A stretch of 64,000 nucleotides of DNA from the NCBI GenBank assembly GCA_050944685.1, contig JBMNRP010000013.1:496-64495 (forward strand). Direction: 5' to 3'. Under the pieces are notes generated by a model. That model was not told the DNA's origin and ran no database searches. It saw only the letters and a program-made list of their open reading frames with translations. Source of the DNA: Bilifractor sp. Lineage in GTDB: Bacteria > Bacillota > Clostridia > Lachnospirales > Lachnospiraceae. Positions 33,893-43,203 of the stretch are shown in pieces. Positions within the stretch are counted from its first letter, which is position 1. Every line of letters starts with the position of its first letter. The position numbers were made by a program, and so were the translations under genes.

Positions 33893-35572
33893 GTGCGTGA
33901 GCGGGGCTCCATTCTGGAAGGCAAATATCGGATTCTGAGGGAGGCAGGCCGGGGAAAGGCGTCTGTCGTTTATCTGGCGCAGGACGTCCGTCTGGGGAAA
34001 AACTGGGCGCTGAAGGAAATTTTCCCCGACAGGCTTCCGGAGGGCCAGAGCGTGAAGGGCGTGTTCTCGGAGGTCCGTCTCCTGAAAAGGCTTGATCATC
34101 CGGCATTTCCCCGCATCGTGGACATTTTCCGGACGGAGAATTCGATCATAATCGTAATGGATTTCATCGAAGGTGTGACACTTGACCGCATTCTGGCGGA
34201 GCGGGGGCCGCAGAGTGAAAAAAGGGTCATCGGGTGGGCACTGCAGATCTGCGGCATGCTGGATTACCTGCATCATCTGAGTCCGCCGGTGATCTACCGG
34301 GATCTGAAGCCGGCCAACCTGATTCTGAAGAAAAACGGACAGATCAATATCATCGACTTTAATGCGGCGCGGATCTGGAAGCCGGAAGCGGACCGGGATA
34401 CGGAGCCGCTCGGCACCCGCGGCTACGCGCCGCCGGAGCAGTACGGGATCTCGCAGACAGATGCCCGTTCGGATCTTTACGCGCTTGGAAAAACCATAAA
34501 GCGTCTTTCCGGGGACCGGGCATCGCCGGGACTTTCCGAGATTATCCGGCGGAGCACCACGGAAGCTCCGGAAGATCGCTACAGGTCCGCCGCGGAGATG
34601 GCCGCGGACCTTCGTCATCCGGATCGTCTGACGGAATCCTTCCGGAAGGAAAAAAGACACCGGATTCAAATCCTGCTGTTCTCCTTATCTCTTTCAGCAG
34701 TGTTCTTTCTGGGCGGAATATTCTTTCGCGCCCTTTCCATTTTTACCATTGAAGAAATCTATAAACAGAAGTCGGTCCGGAGCCGGACGATGTCTTTTTC
34801 CGAACAGGAGGAGACATATTATCAGGCGATCAGCCTGGAGCCCGGGCGGGCAGACGCGTACCTCGCCCTGCTGGAGCTGTATGAAAACAGGGATGAAATG
34901 ACTGAGGAACAGAGTCTGCGGTTCCGTTCCTGCGTTCTCGGACACCGGGAAGCGCTGGGGATCGCCGTTCAAAAGCGCGATGAGAAAGAAAAGGTGCAGC
35001 GTACTGTTTCGCCGGAGGTGTGCCGGATTCTCCTTCGCGCCGGTCTTCTGGAATATTATGCGCATCCGGGCGGAACCCGGGCCGGGGCGCTGGCGGCGGA
35101 GTCTTATTTCGAAATCCTTTCGTCCCTACCGGAAAGTACGGATAAAGACAGACAGGCAATCATCCGGGAGGCCGGGGAATATTACCGGATCTGCCGGTTC
35201 ACCGCGGAATTCGGATCGGATCTCGGACGGATGACCGACCCGGATCCCGCGTCCTGCGGGGCGCTGTTCGAATCGGTCCGGAAATGTGTGGAAAGTGCAG
35301 AAAATACGGAATTGTCCGATTACGCGCGCTGCAGGCTTTTTCTGGAGCTCACAGGTCTTTTGAGCCAGTACCGCGCCGGTATCCGGGATACGGGGATTCC
35401 AAAGGAGGACTTCTGCTCCGTGCTGCAGAAGATTCTGTCACAGACTGCTTCAATGCGGGCGGTCAGTGAAAAAAGCAGGGAATCACTGGAAAATCTGCGG
35501 ACAAATGTGGAGAGATGCCTGGAAGAAACAGAGTATTTATACGGTTCCCGGGAGAGGTCCGGAACCGGGTGA
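33893..35572 (+). CDS. membrane-spanning Hanks-type Ser/Thr protein kinase with helical (non-PASTA) C-terminal domain
   Basis: GTG start with GGAGG 9 nt upstream. G-loop GRGKASVVY, WALKE lysine, catalytic loop YRDLKPANL, DFN in place of DFG, GTRGYAPPEQ. One TM helix (ILLFSLSLSAVFFLGGIFF), then about 270 aa of helical/TPR-like sequence. Confidence 0.88.
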   Translation: MRERGSILEGKYRILREAGRGKASVVYLAQDVRLGKNWALKEIFPDRLPEGQSVKGVFSEVRLLKRLDHPAFPRIVDIFRTENSIIIVMDFIEGVTLDRILAERGPQSEKRVIGWALQICGMLDYLHHLSPPVIYRDLKPANLILKKNGQINIIDFNAARIWKPEADRDTEPLGTRGYAPPEQYGISQTDARSDLYALGKTIKRLSGDRASPGLSEIIRRSTTEAPEDRYRSAAEMAADLRHPDRLTESFRKEKRHRIQILLFSLSLSAVFFLGGIFFRALSIFTIEEIYKQKSVRSRTMSFSEQEETYYQAISLEPGRADAYLALLELYENRDEMTEEQSLRFRSCVLGHREALGIAVQKRDEKEKVQRTVSPEVCRILLRAGLLEYYAHPGGTRAGALAAESYFEILSSLPESTDKDRQAIIREAGEYYRICRFTAEFGSDLGRMTDPDPASCGALFESVRKCVESAENTELSDYARCRLFLELTGLLSQYRAGIRDTGIPKEDFCSVLQKILSQTASMRAVSEKSRESLENLRTNVERCLEETEYLYGSRERSGTG

Positions 35573-35586
35573 GAAAGGCGGAAATC

Positions 35587-35802
35587 ATGGCGGAATTGTT
35601 TCAGACGGCGGCTGATCTGCTGACGGCGGGCGGCGTAATTCTCCTGGCTGTGTCACTGTATCTCTGGGTACGTCTGCGCCGATTTGCCGAAGGGGATGGA
35701 ACGGTTCAGGAAAACAGAAGCCGGCCGGGAAAATCGGGCGGATCCGGTAAAAGTGCATCGGAGTCCGCCGAAAGAGAACCAAAGAGGGAGGAGAACGGAT
35801 GA
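35587..35802 (+). CDS. small single-pass membrane protein (71 aa)
   Basis: MAELFQTAADLLTAGGVILLAVSLYLWVRLRRF, then a charged G/S/E/K tail. Starts 14 nt after the kinase stop. Its TGA overlaps the next ATG (ATGA at 35799-35802). No homology recognised. Confidence 0.5.
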   Translation: MAELFQTAADLLTAGGVILLAVSLYLWVRLRRFAEGDGTVQENRSRPGKSGGSGKSASESAEREPKREENG

Positions 35803-38800
35803 GAGAAAAAAAGAAAATTATTTGGATAGCGGTCATGGCGGCTTCGTTTTTCGCGATGTTCTGTCTGGAAGCGGGAGCGGTCAGAGAGCCCTTCGGAAAA
35901 AAGACGGAGGGAAGCTCCCGGATTTCCGGGCAGGCGTCTTTTGGCGGCACGGACAGAGGGATTCTGCTGAGCCGGACAGGCGCGCCCATTGTGGAGGAAA
36001 GCGGAGACGGGCCGGGCGATGAGACGGAGACCGGAGTGGAGGCGGACGGAGATGATGCCGAGACGGAGATCGGAGAAGAATCCGGCGAGGCGGAGACCGG
36101 GAAAGAATCGGGCACCGGATCCGCAGAGGAGGCCAAAGCGGTCCGCATTCTCCGCATCCGGGTTGAGAAGGAAAAGGAATACGGGCAGCGGGATCCGGAT
36201 CCGAAAAAGGATTTCCGGGAAGAGATCGTCCGTTGCATCGGGGAACAGCTCGGCGAAGAAGAGAAACAGGAGGACGGACTTGTCGGAAGACTGGCGGATG
36301 CTGTCACTCCGTCTTTGCGAGACGCAGAAGACGAGTCAGAAGAGATCGGAGAAGACGGGGCCTTCCGGGAGCAGGACGCGCGGATTGACTATACTTTTCG
36401 GGAGGTGTGCGGAGAACGGTTCCGCTACCTTTTTGAGGCGGATGAAAAGGAAAATGTGGTGCGGACGAAGCGGACCTTCTGTGCCTCCTCCGGAAAAGAA
36501 TATCGCGTGACGGGAGGATATTTCAACGGAACCTCGCTGTGGGGAAGCCGGTCCGCCCCGGTGAGAATTGAGGCATCTGCGGGATGCCTGGTCAGTAAAT
36601 CGGACGGGCCGTCATCCGTCTGGTCGGATTCGATATCCTGGCCGGAGCCTTCCGTGGAAAGGAATCACACTTTCTTTGTCCGGGATCTTACGAAGAAAGG
36701 TGCGGGGCGAATTTCCCGCGCTGCCGTCGTCCTGTTCGGCGTGGATGCGGGGCAGGTTCATGAGGATCTGAGTTCCGCTGATATTTCCGCCGTTTCCGGA
36801 CCGGACGGGAGCTGCGAGGACGGAACGCCGCTGTTTGCGGAAGGCCTTGTTCGTTTGCGGCTGTCGGTCCGGGATTCCGCCTCCGGTCTGAAAAGGGCTT
36901 CTCTGGAAATGGAGGGCGAGAGCGCAGGCAAGTACAGGAGAGAGACGGTCTTGTTCCCTTCCGGGGAAAAGGAGGTCTCCGCCGGCGACCGGTGCGGGGA
37001 CTGGACCATTTCCGGAACGAGCGGAAAAGCCGCCTTTCTCGCCGTGCAGGATCTGGAAATTCCGTGGGGAGGAAGAACTGCCGTGAGGCTGGAATTGGAA
37101 GATTTCTCCGGAAATACGTCCCGGAAAGAGGCTTCTTTTGAGGCGGACGGGCAGAGTCCGCGGATCGAGATACAATATCCGGACGGAGAGCTTCTGGAAG
37201 GCGGGTATTATTCGGGAAGCAGGACCGTGAAGGTTTTGGCAGAGGACCGGAACCTGGATTCGGATGCCATCCGGTGTCAGGTGTGGGGAGACGGCCGTGT
37301 TCTGGAGGAGCCGGACTGGGAAAAGGAAGCAGAAGGCAGTTACTCTGCGGAAATGGTTTTTGAGGGAGACGGAACGTATTCTTTTCTGGTCTCCGCTTCG
37401 GACCGCGCCGGAAACAGGAGCGGCGAGAAGGGGCCGGAATTTACCGTTCGGTCCCGAAATCCTTCCGGGAATCAGGGGGAAGAGACGGAACCTCTGGAGG
37501 ATCCGGGGAATGATTCCGACAGGAGCGATGGCTCCGGGAAGAACCGGGAGAGCGGCGGAACCCCAGGGGCGGCCGCGACGGGCGGAGAAGAAGAGAGAGG
37601 CAGTTCCGGGGAACAGGAAGAGGCTGACACGGGGAAAAAGCACGATTCGTTTCGTCTCCTGAGGATCGGCCGGACGGGTGAGACGGAAAACGTGACGGAC
37701 CGGTTTGTGATTCACCGCAGCCAGACCGGGGACGCGGATGCCCGGCCGGAGATTCCCGACGATCCGGAAAATGACGGAATCTATGTTCTGACGGCGACGA
37801 AAGAGGATGACAGAGGGAAACGGAAAACATCCGAACAGACCTTCGTGGTGAACCGGTACGGGTCGGTCTATGAGTTCGGAACACGAGCCGCAGCTCTGAA
37901 CGGAAAGTATATCCGGCGAGTCAGAGAGGCGATAGAGATTACGGAGAGAAATCCCGGACGGCTGGAGGGCGATTTCTGCGGGATCGAGGTAACGCGGGAC
38001 GGGAAAATCCTGAAGGATCCGGTGAAGCTGCGAAAAGAGTCACTTACGGCCGCGTTCCGGCAGGGAACGGTATTTTCCGCCGTGGCGGGCTTTCTCTCCG
38101 GAAAGAGCGGGGAGAGGGTATGGAGTATCTGCCGGTATCTGCTTTCTCCGGATCTCTTCCGGAAGGAAGGAGTCTACCGGATATCCCTTTTCAGCACGGA
38201 TGATTCCGGAAACCGGACCGTTTCGGAGTCCGGGGAGAGTGGAGAACTTTCTTTCTGCGTGGACCGGACACCACCGGCCGTTACGGCTGTTCACGCAGGG
38301 GCGGAAGCGGGGAAGTCGGGTTCTGCCGGGCGCGTCCGGGTTTTCTTTGAGGTGTCGGATGCGGGAGGCATCGCGTCGCTTCGCCTGATCCGGGGCGGAA
38401 AAGAACGGTATTCCTTCCGGTCTGCGAAATACGAAAACCGTGTTTCCGGAGAGACAAGGCTCACAGGGAAAACATGGCCGGCGAAATTCCGGATCGCGAT
38501 GAAGGATCTGGCGGGAAATGAGACAGAAGCCGTTTTTCTGGCGGAGGAAAGCGGAGAAATTAGATCCGTCTCCGGAGGCACAGGGGGCGGCGATCCGGAC
38601 CGCATCCGTTCTGCCGGGTCCGGAAAAGAGGCCGCGATCTGGAAGGCAGATTTCAAAGCGGAGGAAGACCCTGAAACAAATACGGATGTGTCTTCCGCAG
38701 GCGCGGATGAAGGGACGGAAGCAGAATGGTCCGGAGCCTTGCCGGAAAAAAGAAGTGATGCCCGGAGGTCCGGAGGAAAAAGCAGGGATGTGTCCGGTTC

Positions 38801-38921
38801 CGGGGCCCGGACGGGAGCGGGGGAAAAAGGTCCGGTTCCTTTTCTTCTTCTGATCGCCGCTTCTGCGGTCATTCTTGTGGTTGTGCTGAGAAAAAGAAAA
38901 AACAGGAAATACGCCAATTAA
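35799..38921 (+). CDS. 1040-aa cell-surface protein: signal peptide, acidic regions, Ig-like repeats, C-terminal TM anchor
   Basis: N-terminal signal/TM KKIIWIAVMAASFFAMFCLEAGA. Four strand-end motifs of the DxxGN type (EDFSGNTS, SDRAGNRS, TDDSGNRT, KDLAGNET) and VDRTPPAV, typical of bacterial Ig-like surface domains. C-terminal PFLLLIAASAVILVVVLRKRKNRK. No LPXTG. Confidence 0.75.
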   Translation: MREKKKIIWIAVMAASFFAMFCLEAGAVREPFGKKTEGSSRISGQASFGGTDRGILLSRTGAPIVEESGDGPGDETETGVEADGDDAETEIGEESGEAETGKESGTGSAEEAKAVRILRIRVEKEKEYGQRDPDPKKDFREEIVRCIGEQLGEEEKQEDGLVGRLADAVTPSLRDAEDESEEIGEDGAFREQDARIDYTFREVCGERFRYLFEADEKENVVRTKRTFCASSGKEYRVTGGYFNGTSLWGSRSAPVRIEASAGCLVSKSDGPSSVWSDSISWPEPSVERNHTFFVRDLTKKGAGRISRAAVVLFGVDAGQVHEDLSSADISAVSGPDGSCEDGTPLFAEGLVRLRLSVRDSASGLKRASLEMEGESAGKYRRETVLFPSGEKEVSAGDRCGDWTISGTSGKAAFLAVQDLEIPWGGRTAVRLELEDFSGNTSRKEASFEADGQSPRIEIQYPDGELLEGGYYSGSRTVKVLAEDRNLDSDAIRCQVWGDGRVLEEPDWEKEAEGSYSAEMVFEGDGTYSFLVSASDRAGNRSGEKGPEFTVRSRNPSGNQGEETEPLEDPGNDSDRSDGSGKNRESGGTPGAAATGGEEERGSSGEQEEADTGKKHDSFRLLRIGRTGETENVTDRFVIHRSQTGDADARPEIPDDPENDGIYVLTATKEDDRGKRKTSEQTFVVNRYGSVYEFGTRAAALNGKYIRRVREAIEITERNPGRLEGDFCGIEVTRDGKILKDPVKLRKESLTAAFRQGTVFSAVAGFLSGKSGERVWSICRYLLSPDLFRKEGVYRISLFSTDDSGNRTVSESGESGELSFCVDRTPPAVTAVHAGAEAGKSGSAGRVRVFFEVSDAGGIASLRLIRGGKERYSFRSAKYENRVSGETRLTGKTWPAKFRIAMKDLAGNETEAVFLAEESGEIRSVSGGTGGGDPDRIRSAGSGKEAAIWKADFKAEEDPETNTDVSSAGADEGTEAEWSGALPEKRSDARRSGGKSRDVSGSGARTGAGEKGPVPFLLLIAASAVILVVVLRKRKNRKYAN

Positions 38922-38943
38922 TTAAAAAATTTTAATTTTCTCA

Positions 38944-38971
38944 TTGACATTGAGCGCATCTCTGTTATTAT
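38944..38971 (+). promoter_or_regulatory. candidate promoter of the fatty-acid synthesis operon (TTGACA-16-TATTAT)
   Basis: TTGACA 38944-38949, 16 nt, TATTAT 38966-38971, 70 nt upstream of the acpP ATG. Confidence 0.45.
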
Positions 38972-38983
38972 AGTGGGCAGAGC

Positions 38984-39005
38984 AGTTAATTAAATAATTT
39001 TAACT
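38984..39005. promoter_or_regulatory. inverted repeat AGTTAA-N10-TTAACT, candidate operator
   Basis: AT-rich 22-bp dyad between the candidate -10 and the acpP RBS. A MarR-family gene closes the operon. The arms are only 6 bp, so confidence is low. Confidence 0.3.
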
Positions 39006-39041
39006 AATCGATTTGAAAGTTCACTTCACGGAGGATTCGAA

Positions 39042-39269
39042 ATGGATTTTGAGAAACTCAAAGAGATTATCGTGGATACGTTAGACTGTGACCCGGAAGA
39101 GGTAACGCCGGAGGCTTCCTTCAAGGATGATCTCGGTGCGGATTCCATTGATTTCGTCGAGCTGCACATGGCGCTCGAGGACGAAACCGGCCTGACGATT
39201 CCGGACGAGAAGCTGGTCGATTTCAAAACCGTCCAGGATGTTATGAATTATATAAAAGAGAACGCGTAA
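39042..39269 (+). CDS. acpP: acyl carrier protein
   Basis: 75 aa, acidic, with the phosphopantetheine attachment motif LGADSID. GGAGG 7 nt upstream. Confidence 0.92.
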   Translation: MDFEKLKEIIVDTLDCDPEEVTPEASFKDDLGADSIDFVELHMALEDETGLTIPDEKLVDFKTVQDVMNYIKENA

Positions 39270-39386
39270 GTTTTGTTCTGAACGATGAGGGGGCCTTCAC
39301 TGCGCGGTCCGGCGGAGCCGGAACTGCGTAAATATAGTGGCGGCTCTTTTCATTTGCCTTTTTCGGGTCGCGATGGGAGATATCAG

Positions 39387-40211
39387 ATGAAAAATCCTTT
39401 TTCTTTTAACAATGTTGCCGAAAATTTTTATACCTGTCCCTCCTGCAAGAGGAGGAGCCTGAAGAGCCGGTGGAAGGATAATCTTTACATTTGTCCGAAC
39501 TGCGGAAAATACAGGCCGATCAGTGCCTCGTTTCGGCTGTCTCTGTTTCTGGACCGGGGTTCGTTCTGCGAGATGGACGGGGGAATTCAGTCCGCTGACC
39601 CGCTTCAGTTCGAGGGTTACAGGGAAAAGGCCGCAAAGCAGCGGGAAAAGACGGGGCTGAATGAATCTGCGGTGATCGGAACCGGGACGATCGGCGGATT
39701 TAAGGTAATGACGGCCATCCTGGACAGCCGCTTCTTTATGGGAAGCATGGGAGTGGCCGTGGGAGAAAAAGTGACGCGCGCCATTGAGTATGCCGGGGAA
39801 CACAAACTGCCCCTGATCATTTTCTCCGCCAGCGGCGGAGCCAGGATGCAGGAAGGTATTTACAGCCTGATGCAGATGGCGAAGACGGCGGCCGCCGTCG
39901 AGAAATTTTCCGAAGAGGGAGGTCTCTACATCAGCTATCTGACGCATCCCACGACGGGAGGCGTCACGGCGAGCTTTGCCTCACTCGGTGATATCACGCT
40001 CGCCGAGCCGGGAGCGCTGATCGGATTCGCCGGTCCCAGAGTTATTGAGCAGACGATCGGTCAGAAGCTGCCGAAGGGCTTTCAGAGAGCGGAGTACCTG
40101 CAGCACCACGGTTTTGTGGACCAGATCGTCGAGCGGAAGAATATGAAAAAGGTGCTGTATCAGATTTTGTCGCTGCACCTGGGCAGGAAACCGGAGGAGG
40201 TATCCAAATGA
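39387..40211 (+). CDS. accD: acetyl-CoA carboxylase carboxyltransferase beta subunit
   Basis: Start at MKNPFSF (GGGAGA upstream). Zn-ribbon CPSC...CPNCG, then the carboxyltransferase core GSMGVAVGEK and SASGGARMQEG. Confidence 0.92.
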   Translation: MKNPFSFNNVAENFYTCPSCKRRSLKSRWKDNLYICPNCGKYRPISASFRLSLFLDRGSFCEMDGGIQSADPLQFEGYREKAAKQREKTGLNESAVIGTGTIGGFKVMTAILDSRFFMGSMGVAVGEKVTRAIEYAGEHKLPLIIFSASGGARMQEGIYSLMQMAKTAAAVEKFSEEGGLYISYLTHPTTGGVTASFASLGDITLAEPGALIGFAGPRVIEQTIGQKLPKGFQRAEYLQHHGFVDQIVERKNMKKVLYQILSLHLGRKPEEVSK

Positions 40212-41143
40212 TTCAGGACATTCAGAGAAGAATTGCCCGGCTGGACCGTATGCAGGAAGATATCCGCGAGCGCTACGGGGTTACCGGAAAAGCGGGGAAA
40301 AAACTCGAGAAGCTGCAGAGAAAAGAAGAAGAGATTCTGAATGAAATGGGGCCGCTGACGCCGGAGGATCGCGTCTATATCGCCAGAATGCCGGAACGCC
40401 CGCACGTCAATGAGCTGATCAGCGCTCTGTGCACGGATTTTTTCCGGCAGAGAGGAGATCATCTCTACGACGAGGACCGCAGCATTCTGGGCGGAATCGC
40501 GTTCTATCACGATATTCCGGTCACGGTGCTCGGACATCGAAAGGGAAGAAATCTGAAGGAAAACCTGCGGTACAATTTCGGAATGCCCAGGCCGGAGGGC
40601 TACAGAAAGGCGCTCCGGATCATGGAGCAGGCGGAAAAATTCGGGCGGCCGATCATTACCTTTGTCGATACTCCCGGAGCCTTTCCCGGACTGGAGGCGG
40701 AAGAGCACGGACAGGGCGAGGCGATTGCCCGCAACCTGGCGGCCATGAGCCGCTTCCACGTCCCGATTATCACTGTGGTTGTCGGTGAGGGAAATTCCGG
40801 AGGCGCGCTGGCGATCAGCGTGGCCAACCGGATTCTGATGCTGGAAAACGCGGTTTATTCCATCCTCAGCCCGGAGGGATTTGCCAGCATTCTCTGGAAG
40901 GACTCCTCCCGCAAGGCAGAAGCCTGCGAGATGATGAAGCTCACGGCACCGGATCTCGTGGAGGCGGGCGTCGCTGACGTCATCGTAAAAGAGCCTCCGC
41001 TCGGCGCACAGAGAGATCCGGACGCGCTGTTCAAAGCTCTCGATGAGCAGCTCTGGTCCGTTCTTCAGGAACTGATGAAAATGAGTCCGGAGGAGCTTCG
41101 GAGAGACAGATTCGAGAAATTCCGCAGGATCGGTGTCTGCTGA
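40208..41143 (+). CDS. accA: acetyl-CoA carboxylase carboxyltransferase alpha subunit
   Basis: 311 aa with FVDTPGAFPG, AEEHGQGEAIA and GEGNSGGALA. ATGA overlap with the accD stop. Confidence 0.92.
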   Translation: MIQDIQRRIARLDRMQEDIRERYGVTGKAGKKLEKLQRKEEEILNEMGPLTPEDRVYIARMPERPHVNELISALCTDFFRQRGDHLYDEDRSILGGIAFYHDIPVTVLGHRKGRNLKENLRYNFGMPRPEGYRKALRIMEQAEKFGRPIITFVDTPGAFPGLEAEEHGQGEAIARNLAAMSRFHVPIITVVVGEGNSGGALAISVANRILMLENAVYSILSPEGFASILWKDSSRKAEACEMMKLTAPDLVEAGVADVIVKEPPLGAQRDPDALFKALDEQLWSVLQELMKMSPEELRRDRFEKFRRIGVC

Positions 41144-41145
41144 AG

Positions 41146-42228
41146 ATGGGGAAATGTATGGAAGGTTTGGAATTGGTTTCGACTGCCGCCGCCGTGCCGG
41201 AGCGCAGGGTGGCGAATGACGATCTGTCGCAAATAATGGATACGAATGATGAATGGATTTTTTCACGAACCGGTATCCACTCCCGCTATTTCTGCGGGAA
41301 AAATGAATCAACGCTGACGCTCGCCCTCCGTGCGGCGGAGGATGCGGTCCGGAGGGCCGGGATCCGTCCGGACGAGATCGGATGCGTGGTTGTGGGGACA
41401 TGCTCGGGAGACTACGCGACTCCGGGGATATCGTGTCTCGTGCAGAGCGCTCTGGGACTTCCGGATGATATCCCGGCGACGGATGTCAATTCGGCCTGTA
41501 CGGGATTTGTCTACGCGACGGAGGTTGCGAGGGGATTCCTGCAGGATTCGGACAGGCCGTATGCTCTGGTGATCGCCAGCGAGCAGATCTCGAAGTTTCT
41601 GGATATGAGCGACCGGTCGACGGCCGTGCTGTTCGGGGACGGAGCCGGGGCTGCGGTGATGAAGAAGACGAAGGGTGCGGATTACAGGAGAGTTCTCGGG
41701 TCAAGCGGCGGCCTCGAGATCCGGATGCCGGGAGCTGCCGCGCGAAATGTTCCGGCGGTGGACCCGGAAGCTTCCGGCAGCGGTCCCGTCAGTCTGAAAA
41801 TGGACGGGAAAGCGGTATTCCGCTTCGCGACCGGGGCGATGCGCCGCGGGATTGAGACGCTTCTTCGGGATTCCGGGAAGACAATGGAGGATATCGACTG
41901 GGTCGTCTGCCATCAGGCAAACGCCAGAATCATCGATTACTGCGTGAAAAAGCTGAAGGCGCCCTCCGAAAAATTCTTTGAGAATATGGATCATTTCGGC
42001 AATACCAGCGGAGCGTCTATTCCGCTGGCGCTGAATGAGATGAACGAAAAGCATCTGCTGAAGGCAGGTCAGACGATTCTGATGGTCGGTTTCGGTTCCG
42101 GCCTGTCATGGGGCGGAGTTCTGATGCAGTGTTCCCCTTCTTTTGCGGAGGCGGGAACAGAAAGAGTTTTCCGGTCCGAAAACGGCGGAAAAGAAGAAAG
42201 TGAGGAAGTGCGGGATGTACATGATTAA
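41146..42228 (+). CDS. fabH: 3-oxoacyl-ACP synthase III with short C-terminal extension
   Basis: Active-site context NSACTGFVYA, then HQANARII and FGNTSGASIPLAL. About 32 extra C-terminal residues overlap the fabK start. Confidence 0.9.
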   Translation: MGKCMEGLELVSTAAAVPERRVANDDLSQIMDTNDEWIFSRTGIHSRYFCGKNESTLTLALRAAEDAVRRAGIRPDEIGCVVVGTCSGDYATPGISCLVQSALGLPDDIPATDVNSACTGFVYATEVARGFLQDSDRPYALVIASEQISKFLDMSDRSTAVLFGDGAGAAVMKKTKGADYRRVLGSSGGLEIRMPGAAARNVPAVDPEASGSGPVSLKMDGKAVFRFATGAMRRGIETLLRDSGKTMEDIDWVVCHQANARIIDYCVKKLKAPSEKFFENMDHFGNTSGASIPLALNEMNEKHLLKAGQTILMVGFGSGLSWGGVLMQCSPSFAEAGTERVFRSENGGKEESEEVRDVHD

Positions 42229-43126
42229 TGAGATGCTGGGTACGAAGTATCCGGTGATCCAGGGAGGCATGGCCAATATTGCAACCGGGGCGTTTGCAGC
42301 GGCGTGCTCCAATGCCGGGGCGCTGGGCGTGATCGGGACCGGCGGAATGAATGCGCAGATGCTGAAAGAAGAGATTGCCGTCTGCCGGAGCGCCACTGAC
42401 AAACCCTTCGCGGTCAATATCATGCTGATGCATCCGGAGGCGGACGCGTTCGCGCAGATCGTCGTCGATGAACATATTCCGATTGTGACGACGGGTGCGG
42501 GGAATCCCGGAAAATACATGGAGACCTGGAAGAAGGCGGGTATTCTCGTCATTCCGGTGGTCGCGGCTCCCGTTCTGGCACAGCACCTGGAGAAGATCGG
42601 TGCGGACGCCGTGATTGCCGAGGGAACGGAGTCGGGAGGCCATGTCGGGGAGATGACGACCATGACTCTGGTTCCGCAGGTCTGCGATGCGGTCAGCATA
42701 CCGGTGATCGCGGCAGGGGGCGTCGCCGATGCCAGACAGATGAAGGCCGTATTTGATCTCGGAGCCTGCGGCGTTCAGGTGGGAACCTGCCTGCTGGCGA
42801 GCGAGGAGTGCCCGATTCACGACAACTACAAGCAGGCCGTCATCAAGGCAAAGGGAAGCGACACCGTCGTCACCGGCCGCATCGCCGGAACTCCGGTCCG
42901 CATCCTGAAAAACCGGATGAGCCGCGAATACATCAAACAGGAAAAAGCGGGCGCCACGATGGAGGAGCTCGAAAAATATACGCTGGGAAGCCTGCGGCGC
43001 GCCGTATTCGACGGAGATACGAAAACAGGAAGCCTGATGGCGGGTCAGGTTTGCGGACAGATCCGGGAAATCCGGCCGGTCGCCGATATTCTGGCGGATC
43101 TCTGCTCCGGTCTTGATCTGAAATAA
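42215..43126 (+). CDS. fabK: enoyl-ACP reductase II (FMN-dependent, NMO family)
   Basis: Start at MYMINEMLGTKYPVIQGGM (GAGGA 8 nt upstream). Motifs QGGMANIAT, AEGTESGGHVGE and AAGGVADA. Confidence 0.88.
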   Translation: MYMINEMLGTKYPVIQGGMANIATGAFAAACSNAGALGVIGTGGMNAQMLKEEIAVCRSATDKPFAVNIMLMHPEADAFAQIVVDEHIPIVTTGAGNPGKYMETWKKAGILVIPVVAAPVLAQHLEKIGADAVIAEGTESGGHVGEMTTMTLVPQVCDAVSIPVIAAGGVADARQMKAVFDLGACGVQVGTCLLASEECPIHDNYKQAVIKAKGSDTVVTGRIAGTPVRILKNRMSREYIKQEKAGATMEELEKYTLGSLRRAVFDGDTKTGSLMAGQVCGQIREIRPVADILADLCSGLDLK

Positions 43127-43203
43127 GAGGTAATTGCTGTCTGGAAGACAAAAAATACAGAAAAAGTTTTCGGCACTTTTCAGAAAGAGAGGAAACAGCC
43201 GCT

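Noticed and set aside
38700-38921. Sortase (LPXTG) sorting signal at the C-terminus of the 1040-aa surface protein.
   Set aside because: A hydrophobic helix and RKRKNRK tail are present, but the preceding sequence (SGSGARTGAGEKGPVPF) has no LPXTG/NPQTN-like motif. No sortase gene is nearby. I treat it as a plain C-terminal TM anchor.
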